Of a DNA stretch of 64,000 bases, positions 1-10,054 are shown in pieces. The notes under the pieces are model-generated. The model made no database searches, was not told the DNA's origin, and worked only from the letters and a program-made list of their open reading frames with translations. The translations under genes were made by a program, and so were the position numbers. This stretch comes from a virus. The stretch spans positions 17,642 through 81,641 of the IMG/VR virus record IMGVR_UViG_3300010399_000005, one strand, 5' to 3'. Position 1 is the first letter of the stretch. Each line of letters begins with the position of its first letter.

Positions 1-1066
1 ACCTTCGCGCGTCGAGCGTTCACTCGTTGAGTGACCTCATGCGCCAGCTGCCACGTCTCGGCCCAGTGCCACGCGTGTTCCTCGAAAGTCAGCAGTCGAG
101 CGATCGACCGTGCTGCTTCACTCGTTTCCTGCCACGCCGAGTCATCAGTGAGAAAGCGCTTCAGTGCCTTGACCCAGGACCGTGTCCGTTGGTCAACTAG
201 GACACCAGCCTCGGGGCACAAGTTGTGCAGCACTCGGTACTCGCCGATGTCCGACGCTACCCAGGGGCACCCGACGGATGCGAGCTCCAGAGGCTTGAGA
301 TACGACTTGCCTCGATTGAACCTCGAGTCCGCGAGGGGTGCGGCTCCAACATCGAGGTTGAGTAGTCCTTGCGACCAATACTGGAACTCGACGCGTCCTG
401 TGGCTCGAGGATCCTCAGGTAGACCGAGTGCCTTACCCATCCCCTCTGGGTAGCCCACCACTAGGAAGTTGTCGCGTAGCTGCTGGACCGCACCTGCGAG
501 AATGGGTACGTCATCGGGATGCGAGTGCACGGCGCCTGGCCAGCCCCAGATACGTTCATCTCTCAGTGGCCGTTCAAGCTCGGTGAACCGACGCGGTACG
601 CAGTTCCGCAGCACACGCGAACGCTCCTTACCGAAGCGTGTCTGAAGCTCAGGGGTGGACACCGTGACCAGCGTCGCGAGACGACACGCACGTTGAGCGT
701 GATGCCAGTTGTTCTTAGGGGAACGAGCTGGATGAAGCATGGCGAACGCGGCGTTGTCTGGATGGATGCACGTGAGGTCATCATCCATGTCGACGACGAC
801 TGTCTTACCCTCGTTGATCAAGTGCTCCATGAGCTGGACGAGGAAGACGTTCGTAGGCCTCTGAAAGACGTAGACATCTGCGTCGCGCCCTACCTGTACT
901 GACCGCAACCGGTCACCGTCGCGGATGGCGAACAGGCCTGAGGGGTCACCTGGCATGACGATCTCAACGTCGTACCCCTGTCGCTGCAGCTCCTGTGCTG
1001 GCCAGATCAGTCGGTAATGTCCTATCCGCAGCCCCACGCGTCAGCTGGAAACACGCAAGTCTTCAT
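1..1066 (-). pseudogene. Glycosyltransferase (GT-B/GT4-like), frame-disrupted near the 5' end; runs off the window edge
   Basis: ATG at 1066 gives MKTCVFPADAWGCG then TAG (1024-1022). A second frame continues GHYRLIWPAQEL...VVVDMDDDL...APLADSRFNRGKSYLKPLELASVGCPWVASD to position 1 without a stop. Removing 5 nt (GGATA) restores GCGHYR. Not in the ORF track. Confidence 0.7.
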
Positions 1067-1098
1067 TTGGCATCACCCATGATACATGGATCCTTTCG

Positions 1099-1710
1099 TC
1101 AAAGTGTCGTGAATGTGATGTCGTGAAACAGCACCGGCTCGGTGTCACCCATCTCGACATTGCCGGCCATCGTCACACCGACGTACGTGTGTCCACCAAG
1201 CACGTTGAGCGCGGGCATCGTGATTCGGTTCTGTGGTCGGTATCCTACCGGGAGCGTGAAGATGACAATGTTCGTACCTGAGACACGATCGGCCGTACCA
1301 CGTAAAGACACCATGTGTCCATCACGACGGAACATGACCTGTGGTGCCTGGTCCTGGCCAGGTCCCGTGGTACCACTCAGGTGGGTCCACCCAGTGTTGA
1401 ACGGCACCTGCTGCTGGTTGCCTACGATGTGCCAAGGATCGTGCCTAGGTATGCCGATGATGAGTGCTTGGTGTGGAGGGGCGAAGAGCACCGTGACACG
1501 TTCACCAACGTTCACGACGAGCTGCGTCACATCATGTGCGCGGATGATGGTGGAGTCAGCGTCGAGCTGTACCTGGTGAATGAAGTACGTCGTGTCAACC
1601 TCGGTGACTGTACCGTGAATGACCTCCGAGATGGACGTCTCGGCGAGTGCGCGCTGGACTGCAACCTGCGAGGCCGTCTTCACCAACATCATATCATGTG
1701 TCGTTACCAC
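1099..1710 (-). CDS. Minor tail protein
   Basis: End of the tail operon; C-terminal IFTLPVGYRP motif typical of phage tail-tip/fibre proteins; overlaps the stop of the upstream gene. Confidence 0.65.
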   Translation of the reverse strand: MVTTHDMMLVKTASQVAVQRALAETSISEVIHGTVTEVDTTYFIHQVQLDADSTIIRAHDVTQLVVNVGERVTVLFAPPHQALIIGIPRHDPWHIVGNQQQVPFNTGWTHLSGTTGPGQDQAPQVMFRRDGHMVSLRGTADRVSGTNIVIFTLPVGYRPQNRITMPALNVLGGHTYVGVTMAGNVEMGDTEPVLFHDITFTTL

Positions 1711-2810
1711 TACAAGTGCTCCATGTCACGGTCATACGTACGTCGTATGGTGTGCTGCATGTTCGAGCCGTCGACACACTCCATAGTCCACGTCATCTCG
1801 AGGAAGCGGTCTCCCTCAAAGTCCACGACGTTGAAGTGATCGTGTCGCGGGTCAGGCGGGCCTGAGAACTCAACGGTCTCGAAGGGAAACCTCCAGCCAC
1901 GACACAGCGACCTTGCGGCGAAGTCCGCGTCCTGCTGTGTCGCGATCCCCTGCATCTGCTCGACGTGTGAGACGACGAAGCCTCGGTTCTCGATTGAGTG
2001 TGGTGCTTCAGGTGGGATGTCACAGATCCCATAGACCGGAAGATCGGTGGCTCCGTTGTTGATGACGATGAAACGGTTTGGTAGCTCGAGGATGTTGGTC
2101 GACCTTGTGACCGTTCCTCTGAACGTTCGAAGACCCGCCGGGTAAGACAGCACATCACCGGCAGCCGCTGTGAAGGGATCAGGCATCGGTCCAAGCTGAC
2201 CTACACCCACGTTGTCGAAGTAGAGGTCGTGAAAGCCGATCATCATCGCCAGCTCGTTGATGACGCGAAGCCGTGATGTGCCGATCTTCCAGGACAGCGC
2301 CTCAGCCTGTGGTGTGATGACCGCTGGCGACGTCTGCATGTTGAACTCGATGGGAATCTCTGAGAGCAGACCGTAGATCGCGTCGGTGATGACGGTGCCC
2401 GGTGGATACGAGACCGAGTGATCAAGCTCTTGATCGACGATGAGAAGTTGATCAACTAGACCGCACTCACCGACGGTAAGTTCCACGCCGTTCATCGCCG
2501 TGATGCGATGTCGTGAGACGTCAGCGAATCGAAAGAGTCCTAGTGGCCACTCGGTCTTATCACTCAAGATCATAAAGACACGGACGCTCCAGCGCACCGC
2601 GTTGATCTCATCGATCTCATTGGGCAGCACGCTAAAGTTCTGCATCGTTCGCTTGATGCTTCGTGAGATGTCGACCGTGATACTAGGTGGGGAGTCACGA
2701 TCCATCAGCTCAAGCGTACCAAGTGGTTCACTACCGTCGTAGAGGTCGAAGCGCCACGACGATGCACGGTAGTTCGTCTCGAGGTCGAGAAGTGGGTTCG
2801 TCATCGTCAT
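1710..2810 (-). CDS. Minor tail/baseplate hub-like protein
   Basis: Second gene after tape measure; 366 aa; WPLGLF, LYFDNVG and PDPRHD motifs resemble actinophage hub (DUF5047-like) proteins. Confidence 0.6.
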   Translation of the reverse strand: MTMTNPLLDLETNYRASSWRFDLYDGSEPLGTLELMDRDSPPSITVDISRSIKRTMQNFSVLPNEIDEINAVRWSVRVFMILSDKTEWPLGLFRFADVSRHRITAMNGVELTVGECGLVDQLLIVDQELDHSVSYPPGTVITDAIYGLLSEIPIEFNMQTSPAVITPQAEALSWKIGTSRLRVINELAMMIGFHDLYFDNVGVGQLGPMPDPFTAAAGDVLSYPAGLRTFRGTVTRSTNILELPNRFIVINNGATDLPVYGICDIPPEAPHSIENRGFVVSHVEQMQGIATQQDADFAARSLCRGWRFPFETVEFSGPPDPRHDHFNVVDFEGDRFLEMTWTMECVDGSNMQHTIRRTYDRDMEHL

Positions 2811-5386
2811 GCTGCGACACTTCCCGCGTTCTCGGCGGTGACGACTGGTGTCGTGACCTCGGTGACGACGATGTCACCGGTCCAGATATCACCCACATAT
2901 GGGTCGTGGAAGTTCGTGAACGTCGGTACCTGCACACCGGCGTACCAGCGGTTACCACAGGTGTCACGTACGACGAGACCCACCGTGGATCGACAGATCT
3001 CATGAAGTCTGTGCATCACATCGATGCAGGGCTTTACCGGAGTGCACAGTGCTTGTATGAGAAGCTTACGCTTGAAGCGCAGGCCCAACTGCTCGAGAGG
3101 TCGGAACGCGACGAGACCATCACGACCGTACACCTGACGATATACGTGCTGGTCCGAGTCCAACACCTCCCACTCCCGCTCGATGGGAAGCGTCGCACCG
3201 TACGTCTCGGGGAAGGCGACGTTCAGCGTCGGATCGAGTGGAGCGGTGATGATGAGATCTGCTCCCGTCGGTGCTTGTGACGTCACGCAGACCGTCTCCA
3301 CGAAGTCCGACAGCGCGCCGTCGATCCTCTTCTGTCGCACTCGATAGCAGACCTGTGTACCGTAGACCATCGACCAGTCATCCCAGCACGTAGGCGCACC
3401 GGTGACCGCTGCTCCGGTGACAGTCACACTGCCTGTCGGCGTGATGAACGCCACGCTGACCCAGTCGTTGTCCATCACGGCCATCTCGCGCCGCTGGACC
3501 TCATAGTACACGAAGGTATCTTGAGTGAGCTTGGTGGCAGACCAGCACACGTGGTTGTATGTGATGCCTCGCACTAGGCAGTCCGTGAGCTCGGTGTTAC
3601 ATGGGTCACATGCACCACCCGACACAAGCTGTGTGAGCGTACTCACCGACGCACCGGTGACCGCTGCGACCTCCGAGATGAGCATGACCTGGAGGTCACC
3701 ACGCCGGAAGTTAGCGGGATCGTGAAGCTGCAGTGAGCTGCCGTTTGGGAACCGATAGGTCAGTCCCTGTCCAACACCGGCGGCGGTCTGATCGGAACCC
3801 GTAGGCGCGATGTTCGTCGACGCCAACGCACCGATGCGCCAGGGGTTGCCAGGGTTAGTACCGTCGTCGGTGAGAGCGATCGTGTCATCCAGGACGTACT
3901 CGACGGTGCTTGCGGTCGCATCAGCGATGTCGACCGATGTTCCCAAGTCGACGAGCACCGAGTGGTACTCATCACCCCAGATGTCATTACCCACCTTAGG
4001 TGAGTCGTCCCAGAGAGACTCGGTGATGAGCGCCGGGCCGGCGATGGTCGTACCGACGTTGTTCTTCAGTGTGACACTCACCGTCTTAGGATCGGTGGGT
4101 GTTCCCGTGCCACGAAGTAGTGCGACGTTGGTGCGCACATATCGGTACTTGGTTGTGCCCGTCACTAGAGCGAACGTGTGCTTTGCTCGACTCACCGTGT
4201 TGGATGACTTAAGCGGTCGCACACCCGAGTACGTCGTGAGGTACGGTTCGGTGTCGAGTGACTCGGTCGAAGCAACGCTCTGGAAGAAGCGGATCGCTGG
4301 AAGACCCTGCTGCCTGACGTCCAGAGCGGTGGGAACACCGAAACTCGTCCCGAATGAGGTGTCCTTCTTCGCGGTGTACAGGTCCCAGTCGAGAAAGGTG
4401 TAGTGCACCGGAGTGATGCCATCGACCTTCATGTCATTGAGTGCGGTCAGGTCATACCGCGAACCAGGTGAGATGTAGTCATCCTGTGCACACGGTGCTC
4501 TGACGACCGCGACGTACTCGACACCTGCAGTGACGGGAACTGGGTTGGCAGTCCCAGGCACGAAAAAGCTTCCGGTGTGCCAGAGGTACGGTGCCGTGGG
4601 AACGATGATCCCAACACCGGCGCGTCGCTCGGTGATGTAGTCGACGTGTAGGTTCAACCAGTCGAAGATGTTTGGTTGCGTGTCGACCGCACGCAGACGC
4701 AGGCGTCGACTGCCCACGCTCGACGCGAACTGTCTGATGAGCGTAGGAGTCCACAGTGACCACGCGTTCGGTGAGAAGTGATCGATGTACGCTTCAGCGA
4801 TGTGCATGGTCTGCGTGCCTGAGTAGCCGCTTGGGAACAAGCGCTGCCACAGGACACCACCATCATTGTCGATCCGATCCACCCACGTCTGTCTGTAGAA
4901 GAAGGTGTCGATGCCCAGAGCCAGCACGTGTGCCGTGAGTGGGAACGTGTTTGCGGTGGACATCTGAACCGTGACCTGTGCGGGGTTAGGTCCAGACTGA
5001 AAGAGGGCGAGTCCATCATTGGGAAAGTCGAGCTCATCATTCTCAGGAGTGGTGAACGACTCATCGACGACGTCCGAGTTCGCGGTCATCACAACGGTGA
5101 AGCTCGCGCTCTGGATCGGTCCTGGGTCGAAGCCTGATACAGGAATGAGCTCGATGAGCCAAGGACGACGCTGGTTCACGTAACCAGGAGCACCGAAGAT
5201 TAGTGGGTTGTTAGTCTGCGCTCCTGAGAAGACCGACACCTGTGACACAGTGCCCGACTGCTGCGCACGAAAGCGCAGCACCCACATGTCCTGGTTGGTC
5301 GCGATGACGTTGTTACTCGCACCTACACCTTGAAACTCGATGCCGATCGTGTCAGGTGAGTGTGGGTTCCATGAAGAACGTGGCAC
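2807..5386 (-). CDS. Minor tail protein (distal-tail position)
   Basis: 859-aa beta-rich ORF directly after tape measure, with an FN3-like YEVQRR...YRVRQ segment. Confidence 0.6.
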   Translation of the reverse strand: MPRSSWNPHSPDTIGIEFQGVGASNNVIATNQDMWVLRFRAQQSGTVSQVSVFSGAQTNNPLIFGAPGYVNQRRPWLIELIPVSGFDPGPIQSASFTVVMTANSDVVDESFTTPENDELDFPNDGLALFQSGPNPAQVTVQMSTANTFPLTAHVLALGIDTFFYRQTWVDRIDNDGGVLWQRLFPSGYSGTQTMHIAEAYIDHFSPNAWSLWTPTLIRQFASSVGSRRLRLRAVDTQPNIFDWLNLHVDYITERRAGVGIIVPTAPYLWHTGSFFVPGTANPVPVTAGVEYVAVVRAPCAQDDYISPGSRYDLTALNDMKVDGITPVHYTFLDWDLYTAKKDTSFGTSFGVPTALDVRQQGLPAIRFFQSVASTESLDTEPYLTTYSGVRPLKSSNTVSRAKHTFALVTGTTKYRYVRTNVALLRGTGTPTDPKTVSVTLKNNVGTTIAGPALITESLWDDSPKVGNDIWGDEYHSVLVDLGTSVDIADATASTVEYVLDDTIALTDDGTNPGNPWRIGALASTNIAPTGSDQTAAGVGQGLTYRFPNGSSLQLHDPANFRRGDLQVMLISEVAAVTGASVSTLTQLVSGGACDPCNTELTDCLVRGITYNHVCWSATKLTQDTFVYYEVQRREMAVMDNDWVSVAFITPTGSVTVTGAAVTGAPTCWDDWSMVYGTQVCYRVRQKRIDGALSDFVETVCVTSQAPTGADLIITAPLDPTLNVAFPETYGATLPIEREWEVLDSDQHVYRQVYGRDGLVAFRPLEQLGLRFKRKLLIQALCTPVKPCIDVMHRLHEICRSTVGLVVRDTCGNRWYAGVQVPTFTNFHDPYVGDIWTGDIVVTEVTTPVVTAENAGSVAA

Positions 5387-8300
5387 CTAGATCGTCCTCA
5401 CTGTAAGTGTAAGTGCTCGTCGTCTCAACGTCGCCTCGACACTGTCGGTGAACGCATCAGCGGCGGCCTGAGCTTCAGCGTTGGAGACCGCTCCGGCGAA
5501 CTGCACGTGAACGTTCTCGATCGTGATCCCACCAAGAACGGCCTGTGTCGCTGCAGCCACTGTAGCCGACGAACCTGTAGTGCCGTTACTTGACACACTT
5601 GAGGGCTGACTGATGAGATCGAGCAGTCCTGACTTCGCGGCCAGTGCGGCGGCACGACGACGATCATCCAAGGGGATGACGACCTCGGGAGAGTGTAGGA
5701 CCGCGAACGTGTCCTTGTCGATGATCCCACCACCGGCAAAACCGGGAATGCTCGGGAAGCTCGGGAGTGAGATGTGTGGAATGCTGTTCAACGTTGCGAT
5801 GAAGTTATTCACCTTTCCGATCGCGTTGTTGATCATTCCAGCGACGATGCCAAATGCTTGTCCTACACTATGAACGATGCCCTCAACAAACTCAAGTGCA
5901 CCACCTAGTGCATGCGCGACATCACCGAGTGTTTGGAACACTGACGAAGCAAAGCGTATGTTAAATGCGAGAAAGTCTGCTGCAGCTGACACACCATCAG
6001 CTGCGTTTCGAAGACCAAAGAGAGTGAGCTGAAGTGCGAATGTGATCGGAATCATCAAGTTCGAGATGACATCGTGATTGTTCTTAATCGTATTCGCAAG
6101 ACTTAGAAACGATGGTGCGATCACCGAAGAGATTACAGCTGCAAGTGGTAGAAACACGTTGTTCATCAAGTCCTTGACAACAGGACTTAGTTCACTCGTG
6201 ATGACAATCCAAACATTATGAAGTTCATTCTTAAGATTAGTAAGTGCCGGAACAACTGATGTGTTCCAAGTGTTAACGATTGGATCCCAGACATTAATGC
6301 GTAGATCATCAATCGCAGGCTTTAGTGTGTTAGTGATCTCAGTTGATGTATCGTGAAGTATGTTCTTAGCTTGAGTAAGTGCGCTGTTACCACGTGTTTC
6401 GAGCAAACCAATGAAAGGTTCAAGTGTATTAATCCTAAAGTCATCCCAGGCAGGCTTTAGTACGTTTGTGATCACTGCTGCGATGCCACCGAACACGAAG
6501 TCTCTAAGATCAACGAGTCTAGGTATCAGGTTAAACGCAATGAGATCGTGAACAGGCTGGATGACATTCAAACGAAGATCATCCCACACCGGCTTAAACA
6601 CATTCGTGATCGTATCTGCGATCGGACCAAGCTTGTCGTGTATGAGCTGAAACGCTGTCGCGATCAGTGCGAGTGGGCTCGCGACCGGTGCGAGGAACGA
6701 GAGCAAATTCGCAAATGCTGTGACGATGAACGAAAGAGCGGTGGCGATCGCAAGAAGTACTGGAGCGCCAATATCTCTTACGAAGATCGTCGTCAGTTGA
6801 AGTAGTGGAGGTATGATCGGCAAGACAGCGATGACGAGATCTGCGAACGCGATGGCAAGTGCAGCGAGTGCGGTAGCGAGCTCAGGCAAGACCGGGGCGA
6901 TAGCCTCCATGACCACGATGAACTCATCAGCGAACAGACCGATAATCTCCACGAGAATCGGTGAGAGACGCTTTAGGATCTCAAGAAGTGCACCACCCAA
7001 GATCTCAGCGACCTGCGTGATCGCTGGTCCCAGAGTTGTGGCGAACGCATCCGCGATCCGCTCGATCACTGGTGCGAGTACCTCAATGAGCTGGATAGCT
7101 ACACCGGCCACGGCATCAAGAAACGGCGTCAACGCCTTAACGACCGTACCTATGATCTTGGCTAGGGGTGGTAGAAGGACCTCAACGAGGCGTGCAATGA
7201 TCTCGAGAAACGGCTCAAGTGCGTGAACGAGTGGCGGGATGACCTGACCCAGTGCCTTGAAGATTGCACCGACTCCCGCCGCCAGAGGTTCGATAGCAGG
7301 CTGCAACTCACGGATACCCTCACCAAACCCCCTGAAGAAGTCGGCGATCGCCGGTCCCAGGACGTTGATGATCGGAATGAGCGCAGCGAGAAGTGACTGA
7401 GCGATGTCTGAGATAGCAGGTGCGACCAACTTCAGCGTATCACCAATGACCGTCGTGAGAGGCGTCAACAGCGTCTTCACTTGGTCGACCAGGGGGAGGA
7501 ACGCATCAGTCAGCGCGAGAGAGATGGTGTCCTTGAACGTTGAGAACAGACCAAGCAGTGTCTGTGACTGTGCAGCCATCGCACCAGCCGCGCCGGGGAA
7601 CTCTTTCATACCCTTCAGCAGTGCTTGAACTGCCTTGTCCGCGGGTATGAGGCCATCACTGACCTGCTGCTGAAGTGCTTGGGTCGAGATACCCAGACCC
7701 TTAGCCATCGCTTCAAAGACCGGGAAACCTGGGAGTGCTTCACCGATCTGCAGTAGCTCTTCGGTGGAAGCCTTTCCCTTCGATGCCATCTGAGAGAAAG
7801 CGAGGATGACACGATCGATGGCCTCAGGTGGTGCACCCAGCACAGCAGTGAGGTCACCGACCGTACTGATCGTCGGGATGATCTGGTCACGTGTGATCTT
7901 CAGTGCACCGGCCGTCGCGAGCAGTGACTTGGCGTTGTTCGCCAGGCCAGCGAACTCAAACGGCGTCGTCGCAGCGAACTGCTGCATCTCGCGAATGAAC
8001 TTGTCAGCTTCCTCAGCAGAACCTAGGAGAGCCTTGAAGCTGACCTGTGTCTGCTCAAGTGATGCCGCAGTCTTCAGACCAAAGCCAACGGCTGCGGCCG
8101 CACCAGTTGCGAGTGCACCGCCTACGAGTAGTGCACCTGTCTTAAGAAAGCCAAGTGCAGCGCTTGCGCGACCTGAACCCTCACTTACGTTCTCACCGAC
8201 CGCATCACCAGCGACCCTAGACTCGGCCTCCAGTCGCCCGAACGCATCCGCACCGCCGATACTCCGTAGCGACCGGTCGGCCGAGTTCGCCGCCTCCTTG

Positions 8301-8461
8301 AAGGCACGCTCGATGCCCTCACCTACGCGACGTGCTTCGTCATCGATGCTACCGAGTGCGCGTACCAGGCCCAGGATCGAGGCAAGTGCGCCTTCAGTGT
8401 GAGCGGTTACCTCGACGAATGCCGAGGCAATGGGACCACTCGAACCACCGATGAAGCTCAC
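5387..8461 (-). CDS. Tail tape measure protein
   Basis: 1024 aa, Ala/Leu/Gly-rich helical repeats; tape-measure domain (FAATTPFE...QMASKGK...EELLQIGE); C-terminal FAGGG...PEVVIPL; follows the tail assembly chaperones. Confidence 0.93.
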   Translation of the reverse strand: MSFIGGSSGPIASAFVEVTAHTEGALASILGLVRALGSIDDEARRVGEGIERAFKEAANSADRSLRSIGGADAFGRLEAESRVAGDAVGENVSEGSGRASAALGFLKTGALLVGGALATGAAAAVGFGLKTAASLEQTQVSFKALLGSAEEADKFIREMQQFAATTPFEFAGLANNAKSLLATAGALKITRDQIIPTISTVGDLTAVLGAPPEAIDRVILAFSQMASKGKASTEELLQIGEALPGFPVFEAMAKGLGISTQALQQQVSDGLIPADKAVQALLKGMKEFPGAAGAMAAQSQTLLGLFSTFKDTISLALTDAFLPLVDQVKTLLTPLTTVIGDTLKLVAPAISDIAQSLLAALIPIINVLGPAIADFFRGFGEGIRELQPAIEPLAAGVGAIFKALGQVIPPLVHALEPFLEIIARLVEVLLPPLAKIIGTVVKALTPFLDAVAGVAIQLIEVLAPVIERIADAFATTLGPAITQVAEILGGALLEILKRLSPILVEIIGLFADEFIVVMEAIAPVLPELATALAALAIAFADLVIAVLPIIPPLLQLTTIFVRDIGAPVLLAIATALSFIVTAFANLLSFLAPVASPLALIATAFQLIHDKLGPIADTITNVFKPVWDDLRLNVIQPVHDLIAFNLIPRLVDLRDFVFGGIAAVITNVLKPAWDDFRINTLEPFIGLLETRGNSALTQAKNILHDTSTEITNTLKPAIDDLRINVWDPIVNTWNTSVVPALTNLKNELHNVWIVITSELSPVVKDLMNNVFLPLAAVISSVIAPSFLSLANTIKNNHDVISNLMIPITFALQLTLFGLRNAADGVSAAADFLAFNIRFASSVFQTLGDVAHALGGALEFVEGIVHSVGQAFGIVAGMINNAIGKVNNFIATLNSIPHISLPSFPSIPGFAGGGIIDKDTFAVLHSPEVVIPLDDRRRAAALAAKSGLLDLISQPSSVSSNGTTGSSATVAAATQAVLGGITIENVHVQFAGAVSNAEAQAAADAFTDSVEATLRRRALTLTVRTI

Positions 8462-8799
8462 TGTGTCGCTCCTATGACGAAGCCGTAGTCACGTGCTGCT
8501 TGCATACTCGACTCGGCGGCCGCCGCGTCGCCCTTCCACCACGGGGGAGGTTTCTTACGCTTCGGTTGAGGCTTCTCCACCTCGACCTCCCTCGCTCTCG
8601 CTTCCATGTTCGCCAGCTGCGCCTCGAACTCATCCCTCTCTTCACGTGTCTTCCCTTCGATGATCACGAAGTAGATGAGGTTGAGCAGGCGACGAAGTGG
8701 CAGCTCTAAGGGGTCAACTCCTCGCGCTGCACACCAACCGTCGAACTCGTTCCACCGTCGTCGTGCCCATTCGTAGAGGAGGACGACGGTGAGGTAGGG
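8458..8799 (-). CDS. Tail assembly chaperone, post-frameshift segment
   Basis: The -1 frame from CCC at 8799 is open: PYLTVVLLYEWARRRWNEFDGWCAARGVDPLELPLRRLLNLIYFVII..., continuing into ORF 8458..8667. Classic G/GT arrangement before the tape measure. Confidence 0.7.
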   Translation of the reverse strand, partial: PYLTVVLLYEWARRRWNEFDGWCAARGVDPLELPLRRLLNLIYFVIIEGKTREERDEFEAQLANMEARAREVEVEKPQPKRKKPPPWWKGDAAAAESSMQAARDYGFVIGATQ

Positions 8800-9185
8800 C
8801 GTCCGGTGTACTGCTCGACGAGGTACTTCCAGATCTCGATGGCCTGAAGCAAGGTGATAGGATTCACCTTGTCCTTTAGACGCTCGGCAAAGCGCTCGGC
8901 TGACTTGGGCAGAAGCAGTTCATCCAGCATAGCCATGATCTGCCCGATGTACTTGTTCGCTCCACTGGCGATGGACCGTGCTCGCTCGAAGTCCTCCGGC
9001 GTCGCGGTCGCCGGGTCAAGATCACCAACACTCATGCCCTCGAGCGTCATCACACCCATGGTGTTCATCAGCTCAACGGCCTGCATCGTCATCTCGGCGC
9101 TCAGCTCGGGAATCGCCTCGAACGTATCACCGTCGGCCTTGAACCGGATCGGCTCGAGCTTGAGCGGTCGACTAAAGTCTTTCAT
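8706..9185 (-). CDS. Tail assembly chaperone
   Basis: Position before tape measure; ends YTGRPT followed by a Ser-rich tail, as in frameshifting chaperones. Confidence 0.8.
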   Translation of the reverse strand: MKDFSRPLKLEPIRFKADGDTFEAIPELSAEMTMQAVELMNTMGVMTLEGMSVGDLDPATATPEDFERARSIASGANKYIGQIMAMLDELLLPKSAERFAERLKDKVNPITLLQAIEIWKYLVEQYTGRPTSPSSSSTNGHDDGGTSSTVGVQREELTP

Positions 9186-9478
9186 CGTACCTCCTGAAGG
9201 GCAGGTCGTAGGTATGGACGAGCGCGCATGCGACGAGTCCCAAGTTCAACGAACCGTGCGTAGTTGACGTTTGAGCCGATACGTACCGTCAGACCAGCGG
9301 TGCTCTGACGCGGTGCCGACGACTGAATGGATGACCGTAGTCTACCTGTGTCGACCGGGCAGTGCTGCTTCGCACTGGACTGTACGTTCACACCAAGCTT
9401 GAATACGCGTTGACCGATCGGACCACCAGGTGACCTAAGCAGTGTGTTGATCACACCAGTGTGCACGGTGACGCTCAC
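9182..9478 (-). CDS. HK97 gp10-like tail-completion protein
   Basis: CPVDTGRLRSSI...YARFVELGTRRMRARPYLRPAL signature. Confidence 0.85.
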   Translation of the reverse strand: MSVTVHTGVINTLLRSPGGPIGQRVFKLGVNVQSSAKQHCPVDTGRLRSSIQSSAPRQSTAGLTVRIGSNVNYARFVELGTRRMRARPYLRPALQEVR

Positions 9479-10026
9479 AGTCCCACCGTCGCACAGTCGT
9501 GACAGTTCATCAAGCCCATAAAGACTCGCAGCGTCGATCCGGCGCAGCCGCCCTCGGGTCCGATGGTCGGATGCTCATCTAGCACCCAGCGGTAGTTGAA
9601 CCCGGCGACCCCACCGAGTGTGTCTTGGTTCTGCAGACAGCAGCGCACAGCCTCACGCACGATGAGCTGGTCGGTGAACGTCGTGTACGCGGCCGCACTG
9701 AGCTGCTCACACGACGGTGCGTGATCGATGTCGCCGACAGGTACACATCGAATGATGGACACCGCGAAGACGACGACCTCATAGGGTGCATCACAGACAT
9801 TCGCAGTCGCATCAGGTTGTGGAAACGTTCTCGACGCGTACACATTCTCAATGTGCACAGTGAGCTGTCCACCGTTAGGTCCTCCACAACAGTTGGAGAA
9901 CTCGATCTCATTACCAGGAACGACACACCGTCGACTTGGGCACCCGTTCTCACTCGACTGAAGTGCCGCACAGACACAGTCCAGCAACACCTGTGCTACA
10001 TCAAAAGAACGACGGATCGGATTCAC
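9475..10026 (-). CDS. Cys-rich head-tail/tail terminator-like structural protein
   Basis: Position next to the gp10-like gene; GPEGGCAG motif; coupled overlap with the downstream gene. Confidence 0.55.
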   Translation of the reverse strand: MNPIRRSFDVAQVLLDCVCAALQSSENGCPSRRCVVPGNEIEFSNCCGGPNGGQLTVHIENVYASRTFPQPDATANVCDAPYEVVVFAVSIIRCVPVGDIDHAPSCEQLSAAAYTTFTDQLIVREAVRCCLQNQDTLGGVAGFNYRWVLDEHPTIGPEGGCAGSTLRVFMGLMNCHDCATVGL

Positions 10027-10054
10027 ACAAGACTCCTCCAGTCGATTCTAGCCC

